NCBI GenBank assembly: GCA_963422365.1
Contig: OY729426.1
Span: 2,176,001-2,240,000, forward strand
Length of the DNA: 64,000 bases
Source of the DNA: Nitrospirales bacterium
GTDB lineage: Bacteria > Nitrospirota > Nitrospiria > Nitrospirales > UBA8639
Direction: 5' to 3'
Below are positions 1 to 9,356 of the stretch, piece after piece. Positions within the stretch are counted from its first letter, which is position 1; each line of letters begins with the position of its first letter. Position numbers and translations under genes: made by a program. The notes beneath the pieces were generated by a model that saw only the letters and a list, made by a program, of their open reading frames with translations, ran no database searches and was not told where the DNA came from.

Positions 1-1
1 C

Positions 2-337
2 CTGATTCAACAGCATGGGGAATGGTATCTCGAAGGGAAGGAATCAGATCTGATCGACCAGCGGCAAGTCAAATTGTTTGTCAGCCGTCTCGTTGACTTG
101 CCCGCGGAACTGTCGATCAGTCGGACGAAAAATAATCTGACACAATATGGTCTCGCGCAACCGGCCATTGAGATCACAGGCATTGATCAAAAAGGGCGAC
201 CCCTCGGCCATCTGACATTGGGAACACGGGAGAAAGGCTTAGTCTATGCCACAGGAGCTAGATTATCCGGCATTTATCAGGCCCGCTCCGTGATCCTGAC
301 TCAGATGCCTTCTCCTGAAACCCTGTTGGACCACTAG
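2..337 (+). CDS. C-terminal part of a probable DUF4340-domain protein (gene starts before the window)
   Basis: The frame is open from base 2 to TAG at 335-337. The 'LTQYGLAQPAIEIT...LTLG' motif resembles DUF4340 (YGLxxP). Confidence 0.55.
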   Translation: MIQQHGEWYLEGKESDLIDQRQVKLFVSRLVDLPAELSISRTKNNLTQYGLAQPAIEITGIDQKGRPLGHLTLGTREKGLVYATGARLSGIYQARSVILTQMPSPETLLDH

Positions 338-662
338 CAACAGAATCTTTCACGGTGCCCTCTGATTTGTGAGCCTCACGTTTCTCAATGGACAAGGCTT
401 GTACAGCATTGCCTTCCATGGCTCGACTGATTCATAATTCATCTGTAACCAACCGACTGATCAAGGAGAAGCTGTGCGGGTGTCTATGTCCGCGATCCTG
501 CATCTCAGGCTTCTCTCTCATAGACGGAGAAGCAACGTTCGATTGTGCAATCGTCGCGTCATGCTTATCAGAAAGCGATTCACGACACACGAAGCCCGGG
601 ACAGGGTCGAAAATTGGCCATCCGATTCATGCTGAAAACAGTAGTACATCCGAGCCCAGCCC

Positions 663-2393
663 ATGCCTTCAAGCACCCATGACCAGCCGCCGGCCCAGAC
701 CAACGAGAAGGTTTGGCAAGACAACGGTTTTGACCTGAGCCGGTACCTGCTCATACTGCTCACTTGGTGGCGGGAGATCATCTTCGTTTCAGTTTTAGCC
801 GCCGCTGGTGGTTTGGTGATGAACGGGGTCTACCAGACCTTGTGGCCGAGGTATACAGCCTCGGCCATGGTGACCATCATACCCACGAGAACCGATATTT
901 CCATCACCAAGGAAATTTCTAACGTGGACAGGCAACAGACGCAGGCCACCCTATCAGCCAGGCAGTCCGCGTTGCTGGGACTCGTCTACAACGGCGAAGT
1001 GGCCCGGACCGTGTTCCGGCGCGTGGGCGGACAGTTGAGCGAAGAGGAACGCTCAATGAGCTGGCTACTCCGTGATTCCATCACAGGCGAACTGGTCGAA
1101 TCCCAAAACCGTGACAAGGTCAGCGACCTGATCCGCATCCAGGCGACCGCCAGATCGCCGGAGACGGCGCAGGTGATCGCCAACGCTTGGGCGAAAGAGT
1201 ACGTGAACCATGTGAGTTTTCTGTGGCAGACCGACCCTGAATTGCGCAAGTCGATCATGACGGAGCTGGCCAACACACAGGACCGGTATCAAGTTGCCCA
1301 ACAGAAACTGGAACAATATATCAGCACCAACCAGACCGAGCGACTGGATCGGGAGATCCAAGAAAAGCGAAAAGCGATCGAGAAACTCTCAGCATCTCGG
1401 GAAGTGTTCATTGAGGCTCGCACAATTGCCTTGAGCAGAGTGTACGAGGCCGACAAGAAGGTTGAGTCTGCCAAAGTTGATAGTTTCAATCAGAAGGTCG
1501 AGTCGGCATTGTCGAGTCTGGCCGGCAGCTACGAAGTCCGGCAGAAGCTGATCCGGCTCCTCGACGACGCGCAAGGACTTCGCGACCTGATCGAGAGAGG
1601 CGGCGAAGCAGGCACCCAGTCGAACGGGCTGGCCATCCTGCTACTCAAGGCCCAAACATTCGCATCCTCCACCGATTGGCCCGAAAGCCTGGAGTTGAGG
1701 ATCGATAACCAGAACGCGATGCACGAAAGCTTGGCGCAACAGCGGGCCGACGTCGATGCGCTCATCAAGACACTGCAAGACCGGATCGAGCGACTCAGGG
1801 AGACCATCGCCAGTCAATCTGAGAGTCTGTCCAACGGTGCAAGCCATGTGGCTGTGGATACCGGGCAAGCGGATGGAAGCGGCCGTCGCGTCGCCATCCA
1901 GGAACAATATTCCACCCTGTTCGTGCCCGATGGACCGAACGATCCCGGCAAAGACGTGGCCGGGAACTCCGCCGACTTGGACGAGGAGACGGCGGCAATA
2001 CAGGTGCTGCGAGACCGGTTGATCAATGGAGACGATCAGACCAAGCAGATCATCTTTGACCTAGAGGACAGCATCCAGACGCTGCAAGAGGCAAAGCAGA
2101 TCGCATTCGCCAATCTCAGGGAACTTACCAAAAAACGAGACCTGCTGATGAAATCCGTGAACATTCTACAAAGCAAGGTCATGGAGATAGACCTGGAGTC
2201 GGCCGCCACCAATGCGAAGATCCGCTTGGCGTCGCCAGCGGTGACAAGTTATTCTGACGGTTTGAGTCTTTTTCAGTCGACAGTTCTCGCCGGCATCGCC
2301 GGGTTGATCACGATAATGTTCTTCATCACATTCCTCGCAGAGCCCATGGGGGCAAGGCCCTTTTTCGCGCGGCACAAGGCAGCCGATGGATGA
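663..2393 (+). CDS. Polysaccharide chain-length determinant (Wzz/GumC-like co-polymerase) with a long coiled coil
   Basis: N-terminal 'FDLSRYLLILLTWWREII' plus TM and 'PRYTASAMV', then 'SPETAQVIANAWAKEYV', a long heptad region, and a C-terminal Pro motif plus TM. Confidence 0.8.
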   Translation: MPSSTHDQPPAQTNEKVWQDNGFDLSRYLLILLTWWREIIFVSVLAAAGGLVMNGVYQTLWPRYTASAMVTIIPTRTDISITKEISNVDRQQTQATLSARQSALLGLVYNGEVARTVFRRVGGQLSEEERSMSWLLRDSITGELVESQNRDKVSDLIRIQATARSPETAQVIANAWAKEYVNHVSFLWQTDPELRKSIMTELANTQDRYQVAQQKLEQYISTNQTERLDREIQEKRKAIEKLSASREVFIEARTIALSRVYEADKKVESAKVDSFNQKVESALSSLAGSYEVRQKLIRLLDDAQGLRDLIERGGEAGTQSNGLAILLLKAQTFASSTDWPESLELRIDNQNAMHESLAQQRADVDALIKTLQDRIERLRETIASQSESLSNGASHVAVDTGQADGSGRRVAIQEQYSTLFVPDGPNDPGKDVAGNSADLDEETAAIQVLRDRLINGDDQTKQIIFDLEDSIQTLQEAKQIAFANLRELTKKRDLLMKSVNILQSKVMEIDLESAATNAKIRLASPAVTSYSDGLSLFQSTVLAGIAGLITIMFFITFLAEPMGARPFFARHKAADG

Positions 2394-2614
2394 TATGAGA
2401 AAGCGCCGGTCACGGCTGATCAAGTCGGGCATGCCAGAAAGGTTCTCCGGGCCGCGGCGGGCAAGCTGAAGGCTGTCACGATGCGCTGAGCGAAATGCCG
2501 CAGGTTGTTGCGACGCCTGAAGGAAAATCCTCGTATACGAGCGTCTTCTTCGTATCCCGCGGCCGAAGATCGAACGCCGCCTGTGTGGCCTCTTCGACGC
2601 CTGCCGCCAAGTCA

Positions 2615-3925
2615 TCAGTGACTCGAGTGGGCGACTCGCGGAGGGTATCTGGCTGCAGCGGGCCGATGCCGGATTTCCACCTGACTCGCCGCCAGTGCGC
2701 AACTCAAACCGGCCAGAAAACAGTACGCCCCCAGCGTGAGCCAATGATGGAACGTGACGCCGAACAAGGCCATCACAACGGCCCAGCCGACGATGACAGG
2801 CCTGGCCAGGGAATTCGGCGTGATCCAATAAAACCGCAGCAAAGAGAAAAGAAACAGACAGTACAACCATAACGGGACAATGCCGGCTTCGCCAACCAAC
2901 ATCAGGTACACATTATGGACGCCTTCCGGTTTGCCACGATAGCTGATAGGTCCGCCAGGCAGACTATGGAGCCGACCCATGCCATGACCGACGATGGGTG
3001 ATTCCAAGGCCTTTGTAAGAGCGACTTCCCACAAAAACGGCCGATTCGTTCGAACGCCTGACATCCCCTCGCCGCTGAGAATCGCCACGACCGTATCAAT
3101 TTTTTCCTGTTGTTCGCCGTGCGACGTGATTGTTGTCAGGTTAACAGTCAAGTAAGCAAAACTGCCGAGCAAGTACGAAGCGAACAGCCAGCGGACGATG
3201 GGGCCTCGTCTCTCACGACCGTTGAACAGCAGAAAAAAGGCGAATAGCACACCCAGGACAAAAACGGCCGATACGGAAAATGATCCCAGTACCGCCCCGC
3301 AGCCAGCGGTCAGGCCCAGATAGGCTGGCACGCGACGTCGGACGCCGCCCAGCAGGGCCATGGCCAGCGCCGCCGTCATGCAACCGATGAAGCCAGCATC
3401 ATTGGGGTCGGTGAAGGTACCGGTCAAGCGAAAGGGAAGTCTGTAACCCGGCAGCACGCCGAGACCACTCAGGATCGGCGAAGCCAGAACCACGAGGCAA
3501 CTCGCGGTCAGAACCACAAGCATTCCCTTCAACAACGCCTCGGTCCCGACCCGCTCCAGCACCGAGCGTCCGCCGAGCAGGGAGGCCACGATCACCAGGA
3601 GGAAGAAGGTCTGGCGCAGCAGGTCTTTGCCCGCATCCGAGCCGTCGGCAACCGCCACGGTGCCGCCGATGACCAGATAAGATGCTACCGCGGCGAGGAG
3701 CAGCACTCCGGACGTTCCCCCGGCCAGCCACCATCGGGCACCGACCAGCACCACCAGGCACAGACAACAGGCGAGAGCGACCGCATAGCTCATGATAACG
3801 GGAGATCCCCAAAGATGCAGCCCTCGCACGTTGAGCAGCATCATGACGGCCAACATCCAGAAGGCAAGCGTGATCAACGTAGATTTTCCCCAGCCAGGAC
3901 GGACTCCGGTTGTCGCCCGGGTCAT
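2615..3925 (-). CDS. Wzy/O-antigen ligase family membrane protein
   Basis: Many TM segments; motifs 'RLTGTFTDPND', 'RPFLW..ALE.SPIVGHGMG' and 'HNVYLMLVGEAGIV' are typical of Wzy_C. Confidence 0.85.
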   Translation of the reverse strand: MTRATTGVRPGWGKSTLITLAFWMLAVMMLLNVRGLHLWGSPVIMSYAVALACCLCLVVLVGARWWLAGGTSGVLLLAAVASYLVIGGTVAVADGSDAGKDLLRQTFFLLVIVASLLGGRSVLERVGTEALLKGMLVVLTASCLVVLASPILSGLGVLPGYRLPFRLTGTFTDPNDAGFIGCMTAALAMALLGGVRRRVPAYLGLTAGCGAVLGSFSVSAVFVLGVLFAFFLLFNGRERRGPIVRWLFASYLLGSFAYLTVNLTTITSHGEQQEKIDTVVAILSGEGMSGVRTNRPFLWEVALTKALESPIVGHGMGRLHSLPGGPISYRGKPEGVHNVYLMLVGEAGIVPLWLYCLFLFSLLRFYWITPNSLARPVIVGWAVVMALFGVTFHHWLTLGAYCFLAGLSCALAASQVEIRHRPAAARYPPRVAHSSH

Positions 3926-3993
3926 TTACGACTCATAGAGTATGCGTTCATTTTCTACGGATCGCAGGCGCGAAACGTTGTGCGTTCGGGTCA

Positions 3994-5124
3994 CTACGCA
4001 GAGCCTGTTTTCCGACACAGGCCATGGAGGTCCGCAGCCATATGGCCGTACCAATCCGCACTGCGGAAGTCCTCCCCACGGCATTCGGCGCCCTCGCACA
4101 ACCGCCGGTACAAGGCTGGCTCGTCAAGCAGCCTCTCGATCGCAGCCCGAACCGCCACGGCAGAGCGGGGCTCCACCAGCAATCCGCTCTCCTCATGCTT
4201 GACGAGTTCGGGCACACTGCCGCATCTCGCGGCGACGACGGGCACGCCGCACTGAAAAGCTTCGAGGATGATGCCGGGATAGCCCTCGGTGCTGAAATAG
4301 CTAGGGAACAGCAGCAGGTCGTGCTCACTCAGCGCCCTGGGCACCTCCTCCGGCTCCAGCACGCCGCCATAGGTCGCCCGGGGATGGCCTTCGAACCCGG
4401 AGAAGTCCGTGTCGGACATACGCGGGCCGAAGACCTGAAGATGACAAGGCTCTGGCAAATGGCGGCACGCATCGAGGGCCTCGGCCAGCCCTTTTCGCTT
4501 GTCCAATCGGCCAACGAAGATCAGCTTGCTCACTGTGTCGCGCCGGGCCCTGGCCAGCGCCTGGACATTCCGCGTATTGGGGAACCGGCGGACATTGGCC
4601 AAGTTGCCAAAGTCCCTGTATGTTTGCAGGGTTTCAACGTATATCAGGGCGGAGCGCATCCAGGTCAGGTTGGCCAGCCAGCGGGCCAGAGCACCGTAGG
4701 CACGATAGACTTGGCCGAGGCTGGACGCGGAGAACCGTAGCACTAGAGGCCGGCGTACGATTTTGCAGATAATCCAGACAGATGTGGCCATGGTGAGCGC
4801 CGAATAGGGGGCAATGAGGAGAAACACGAGATCGGAGCGGAGGACCTTCTTTATGATGCTCCGGAGCACGTGGAGGAACCGTGCCAGGCGATAGGCCTGG
4901 ATTTTCCACGGGGGCAGATTGGTCACGCTTCCCGACGTGTCGATAACGTCGATCTCGAACCCCAGCGGACTCAGTTCGCGGATCGACTCCTCAGCCATCA
5001 CCCTGTTCCCCCCGACGACATTGGTGACGGACTTGCCGGAACCCACCGGAGCGATGAACAGGATGGTCGGCATTCGATGTTTGATATCAGCCATAATATC
5101 AGCCATAAAGAGGGCTCGCCTCAA
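3994..5124 (-). CDS. Glycosyltransferase family 4
   Basis: 'FVGRLDKRKG' and 'PSYFSTEGYPGIILEAFQCGVPVVA' (EX7E) motifs. The true start may be a downstream Met. Confidence 0.9.
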   Translation of the reverse strand: MRRALFMADIMADIKHRMPTILFIAPVGSGKSVTNVVGGNRVMAEESIRELSPLGFEIDVIDTSGSVTNLPPWKIQAYRLARFLHVLRSIIKKVLRSDLVFLLIAPYSALTMATSVWIICKIVRRPLVLRFSASSLGQVYRAYGALARWLANLTWMRSALIYVETLQTYRDFGNLANVRRFPNTRNVQALARARRDTVSKLIFVGRLDKRKGLAEALDACRHLPEPCHLQVFGPRMSDTDFSGFEGHPRATYGGVLEPEEVPRALSEHDLLLFPSYFSTEGYPGIILEAFQCGVPVVAARCGSVPELVKHEESGLLVEPRSAVAVRAAIERLLDEPALYRRLCEGAECRGEDFRSADWYGHMAADLHGLCRKTGSA

Positions 5125-5214
5125 TCATGCAACGGCCTGTCATCGGACACGGTCCTTGGAATCTCTCCTTGCATTTCCGTAACAAAAGCCGCATCTCTTC
5201 ACCCAATCGAAAAT

Positions 5215-5500
5215 CAGCCTGGCATGAAAGGGCTTGAGAACTATACGTCATTTCAGTCTGTGGCCTCTCAAGTCATCTAAACTCTCGTATATTCAGAGAG
5301 TTGGAGTGACGCAGTCCGAGTATCCTCGGTACGCTAGCCACTCTTTGAACGAGGCCTTATCTGTGACTTTTCTCGCTCAATCCAGGTCAATTGCCAACCT
5401 CCTTTTCTCGTACAGAATGTGCTTATTGAATGAACGTGGCGAAAAGAGATGAGGCAAGTAACCCAGCTTATACCAAACCGAAAGGAAACTGAAGCATTGC
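5215..5500 (-). pseudogene. Remnant of a TupA-like ATP-grasp protein
   Basis: One frame reads WYKLGYLPHLFSPRSFNKHILYEK..D*ARKVTDKASFKEWL..GYSDCVTPTL*IYESLDDL..K*RIVLKPFHA. This matches the TupA-like pattern (PxxFNxK..., DKxxxxxY, KPxH), with three in-frame TGA stops. Confidence 0.6.
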
Positions 5501-5589
5501 CCCAAAAAAGTGTTACCGGAAGATGTTTTCGTGCTAAGGTTGCGCCTGTCTTCACAATAGGGTGGGTACGAAATCCTCCGGAGAGTCCT

Positions 5590-6469
5590 GTCGACAGGAA
5601 GAAACCGGTTACCCAGATCAGATGCATGGTGGCGAGGGCCAACGGCAAGAGAACCCCTGCCGCATCCCGCCGCCGAACGCCGACCACCAAGGAGCCAGCC
5701 GCCAAAACGAAGAGGTGGGTAAGCGGCAACGCCGCCGCTACCGCACACGGGGCACCGACCAGGACCAGAAACACCGACGCGGCGAGACCCAGCACCCGCT
5801 TCCCGCAACCATAGTTGAACTACTGCAGGGCGAGCGCCCGCAATGTGCCGCGCGGTTGGTAGATGACCACAAGCGCAGGATCGAGCCACACCGTTTCTCC
5901 GCGCTGCCGCAGCCGCCAGTTGAGTTCATAATCCTGATTGCGAGTCAGTGTAGGATTGACTCCGCCCACCGCGTCCAACGTGTCACGCCGGAACGCGCCC
6001 AGGTAGATGGTGTCAACGGGCCTCTCGTGGCCACCGAGCCGGTAGCGGACATCTCCTGCTACCAAGGGCGTGATCATCGCGATTGCCACCGCCCGCTCGA
6101 AGCACGTGGTTCCGAGTGGCTGTTGCCGGCCGCCGACGTTCACGGCGTCCGTTCTCTCCAGCATGTCGAACACGCGGCACAGATACCCGGGCGGAAACGT
6201 CACATCGGCGTCGCACCGCACGATGATATCGCCGGTGGCCACCCGAAGCGCCGCTTGGACTCCAAACCCAAGGGTCTGCTCCGGATTGGGGATCACCTGC
6301 ACCATCGGGTAGTGTCGTCGGCGACAATGCCCTCCACCGGCCCCGCGTAATCCTGGGTCAGCACCGAGTCAAGAGTCGCCGCGATGCTTGCCTCGGCATT
6401 GCGGGCTGGGATGATGACTGACACCGAGGGGGCGTTGATGTCAGGTGGATTGGATTTCTTTTCAGTCAT
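5590..6469 (-). pseudogene. Disrupted ExoA-like GT2 glycosyltransferase, a paralog of 18497-19471
   Basis: Three ORF pieces (6293-6775, 5820-6305, 5334-5795) align with the intact gene (PARNAEASIA, VDTIYLGAFRR, RNQDYELNWRLR, RRRDAA). There are two internal deletions, a frameshift and a TAG at 5820. Confidence 0.85.
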
Positions 6470-6639
6470 GCGGGCATCCCGTCGGTTCTCCATATGCAAC
6501 GGCATCGGATTAGTCGAAATACAGTGGTTCAGACTTGTTCGGTTCGGGAATAATGCAGCTTCTATCCCCCCCCCACGTTTAGCGGGATAGTGGACCCCAC
6601 ACTTAAGCTCGTCCGGGGGGATCGGCAGGTTCTGATATA

Positions 6640-7115
6640 CCCGCCAAACCAAATTAGACTTTGGGGAGATGGCGACCCACGCCGTTATCAAAATCAAGGT
6701 GAAGGAGGTAAGTCGTGTCTGATTGGATCTACCATGCCTCAACTTTTCCCTTATAAGGTGCGATAAGCTGATCATAAAAATCCAGTACTCTTTCTTGACA
6801 TCTTAAAAGCTCATCCTCTTTACGAAACACAATTGAACCAATGCCGGAGAGTCCCGGCTTAACCTTCATCATGATTTCCTGCATTTCTCTGGGGAAGGCG
6901 TTGAAACACCTTGGGATTTGTGGACGCGGTCCAACTATACTCATATCGCCTAGAATGACATTAAGTAATGGCGGACACTCATCGAGTTTAGTCTTTCGGA
7001 GAAATCTGCCAACAGGCAATACACGCGGATCATCTTTTATCGTGACTGTCCCATTGTGACTGTTCCGGTTCCAATATTCTGGCTATCCTTGAGCATGGCA
7101 GCAAATTTGAAGAGT
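6640..7115 (-). pseudogene. Fragmented initiating sugar (phosphoglycosyl) transferase, Bac_transf family
   Basis: FKFAAMLKDSQNIGTGTVTM / PRVLPVGRFLRKTKLDECP.LLNVILGDMSIVGPRP / KPGLSGIGS motifs. It has a frameshift, an internal stop and no N-terminus. Confidence 0.8.
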
Positions 7116-7305
7116 TGAAAATCTTTCTCGCCGGTGGTATCACTCCTGAAAAAGTAACAGGGCCATTGCTTCTTGGCGATAAGTTCTCCTGTGCGACTAC
7201 GCGCTTCTTTCTCCGTCTCACATTGATAGGGCTCAAACCCGACTCTTCGCAAATAGCGCTCAGCAATGTCTGAGAAAGTAATTCAATGCAGCCTCTCGCT
7301 TAGTT
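7116..7305 (-). pseudogene. Internal fragment of a UDP-GlcNAc 4,6-dehydratase (CapD-like polysaccharide biosynthesis protein)
   Basis: 'TFSDIAERYLRRVGFEPYQCETEKEARSRTGELIAKKQWPCYFFRSDTTGEKDF' is the recognisable C-terminal region of this family. It abuts the sugar-transferase fragment. Confidence 0.6.
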
Positions 7306-7544
7306 TCGGAAAAATGTTGCGGTTTTCGCCCGACATTTAGAGCTAACAGAGCCATATGCAGCGCCGCTGTTCCAATTTGCAACGGCACGACAATGAGTTC
7401 CATCACCTAAAAAACGCACTGAATTGGGATTCGAACTGAGCGACTCTTTTTCCCATGGAAAGCCAGCCGCCCTGAATAACTTCTGATGCAGCAACTTCGC
7501 GATGATCAAAATTTAACTCAAAAAGCTGTATTGTCCACATTATC

Positions 7545-8250
7545 TAATCACGCTTTTTAATCCAGCATACAATATGTGACCGCAGTAATGGGCACGAATT
7601 AAATACGTAATAAAGCGCCGGGGGTACGTGACAGACGCGCCGACTCATAACCGGCGACAGGGTGACTTTTTTACCAATAATCTCAGCTTCTGGAAATAGT
7701 TCTTTCACTCGACGCAGAGGACTCCCCTGACATCAGGGTTAGCAGGATTACTGTACAAAAAATCATAGAAAATCACTCCGCCGCCTAGTTTGACCCAACC
7801 CCACATTCTATCTGCCAGATTCTGCCGGAAGTCATCATCTAACAACGGGGGAAAACAACAGGCTGAAAGGACAACATCCTGAGATTCTAGTGACAGTCCT
7901 GCCAAAGCAGCATCACCCTCGATAAGATTTACTGCTTTGGGGAGCATCTCTCTGGCCCTGATCATCCTGTCAACCAGCACTTCAATACCTGTAAGATGCG
8001 CAGGAGAGAAACCAAGGGCCAAAAACTCCGGAATATGTCTCCCGGCACCACAACCTACGTCCGTCAGTTTGAGCTCAGATAAGCTTATATGTGAAAATTC
8101 GCCAACCAATATTTTACATATTGAGTGCTGAAGTTCTTAATGACTAAACAAAACCTCTGGTCGCAACCGTGAGTAGAGTGAAGCGACGGTTCTTTTTCTA
8201 TACCGGTCAGCCAATTCTCTCATTTCCAGATGTGGATTATTCATACGCGA
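7545..8250 (-). pseudogene. Frameshifted class I SAM-dependent methyltransferase
   Basis: 'LTDVGCGAG' SAM motif and 'GGGVIFYDFLYSNPANPDVRGV'. The C-terminal part (RRVKELFPEAEII..VTLSP) continues in another frame. Confidence 0.7.
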
Positions 8251-8271
8251 CCTTTCGACAAGGGTGTCCGA

Positions 8272-8757
8272 TTATGTTCCAGTCACCACATTTATCGGTG
8301 GGGTCTGATAGACAGAAGATCGAGCGGCGCCACCCGTTCCAATTTTCGAACTAAATACCGCTGAAATAGCATCATTTTTGCCACCCGGTGATTTGACTTG
8401 CCAGGGACCACCAACACAATTCGCACCTGAATCGGCAAGTACTTCGATACATTTCCTCACATAATTTTTGGCGTAAATAGTATGAACGTCCATGCGTCTC
8501 ACATACTCACCTTTTGCAATCATAATCGCATTGTTCAGCCCGGTGGGGACGATTCGATCAGCATTTTCAAGCACTACGATTTCAGGATGAGTTTCTAATA
8601 ATTCGTCAAACATGACACTGGTCCCATCATTACTTTTCCCATCAACTATAATGAACTCACAATCAAGACCAGTGCGATCCTGGCTGAAAACCTGAGACAC
8701 AAATTCCCTGATATGGGATTTTTCATTGAAGCACGGCGTTATTATTGAGACGAGCAT
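8272..8757 (-). pseudogene. Truncated ExoA-like GT2 glycosyltransferase
   Basis: 'VSIITPCFNEKSHI..IIVDGKSNDGT..GLNNAI..RMDVH..ANCVGGP'. It stops after 161 aa, about half the length of the intact paralog. Confidence 0.75.
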
Positions 8758-9356
8758 GATAATTTCTCGGGTGCAGTCGGCATCTTTACGGCAAAATCAT
8801 TGGTTGCGATAGAATAACAAAACATAAAGAGAGTCCCTCTAAATCCATTTGGCTCGGAGCACACGGAAGATTATGAAATAGGCTGCTATTTGCCTGCGAA
8901 CAGGGCAATCCAGTAATTTGAATGGGTCTTCTACCAATTCTCTAGCAGAAGCACTGTAACTTCAATGGTAACTTGAAGGTGCGGAGACGTCCGCGCGCGT
9001 AGCGCCGTTGCCGATAGTCGGCAGAGCCGTTGAAACGGTGTATCCATAGAACTGCACGGACGAATCGAGCAAACGCGATCTTCACACTGGCCATGATGCT
9101 TTCATCTTGAAATAAGGAAACAGCTTCGCTGTTTGACCCCGACAACCGGAAAACCTCCCCAAGAGTTGCAGTTTGTTGTTTGAGACGCCCTGGCATCCTC
9201 ATGTTTTCTTGTTGCGGTATAGACTCCTCTATCCAATAGGCATTTTTTCAAAGTTTATCATAGGGTTTGCCAGATAACCCTCGTGCACCCGATAATTCCG
9301 GACAAACCGGCAACAACAGCAGGTCGCGCACGGAGATGGTCCTTGAGCAGAGAGAA

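Noticed and set aside
439..470. TGTAACCAACCGA as the left end of the polysaccharide island element
   Set aside because: Only the first 13 nt resemble the right ends, the GAAAATAA core is missing, and the flanks match 3/5. Not enough to call a feature.
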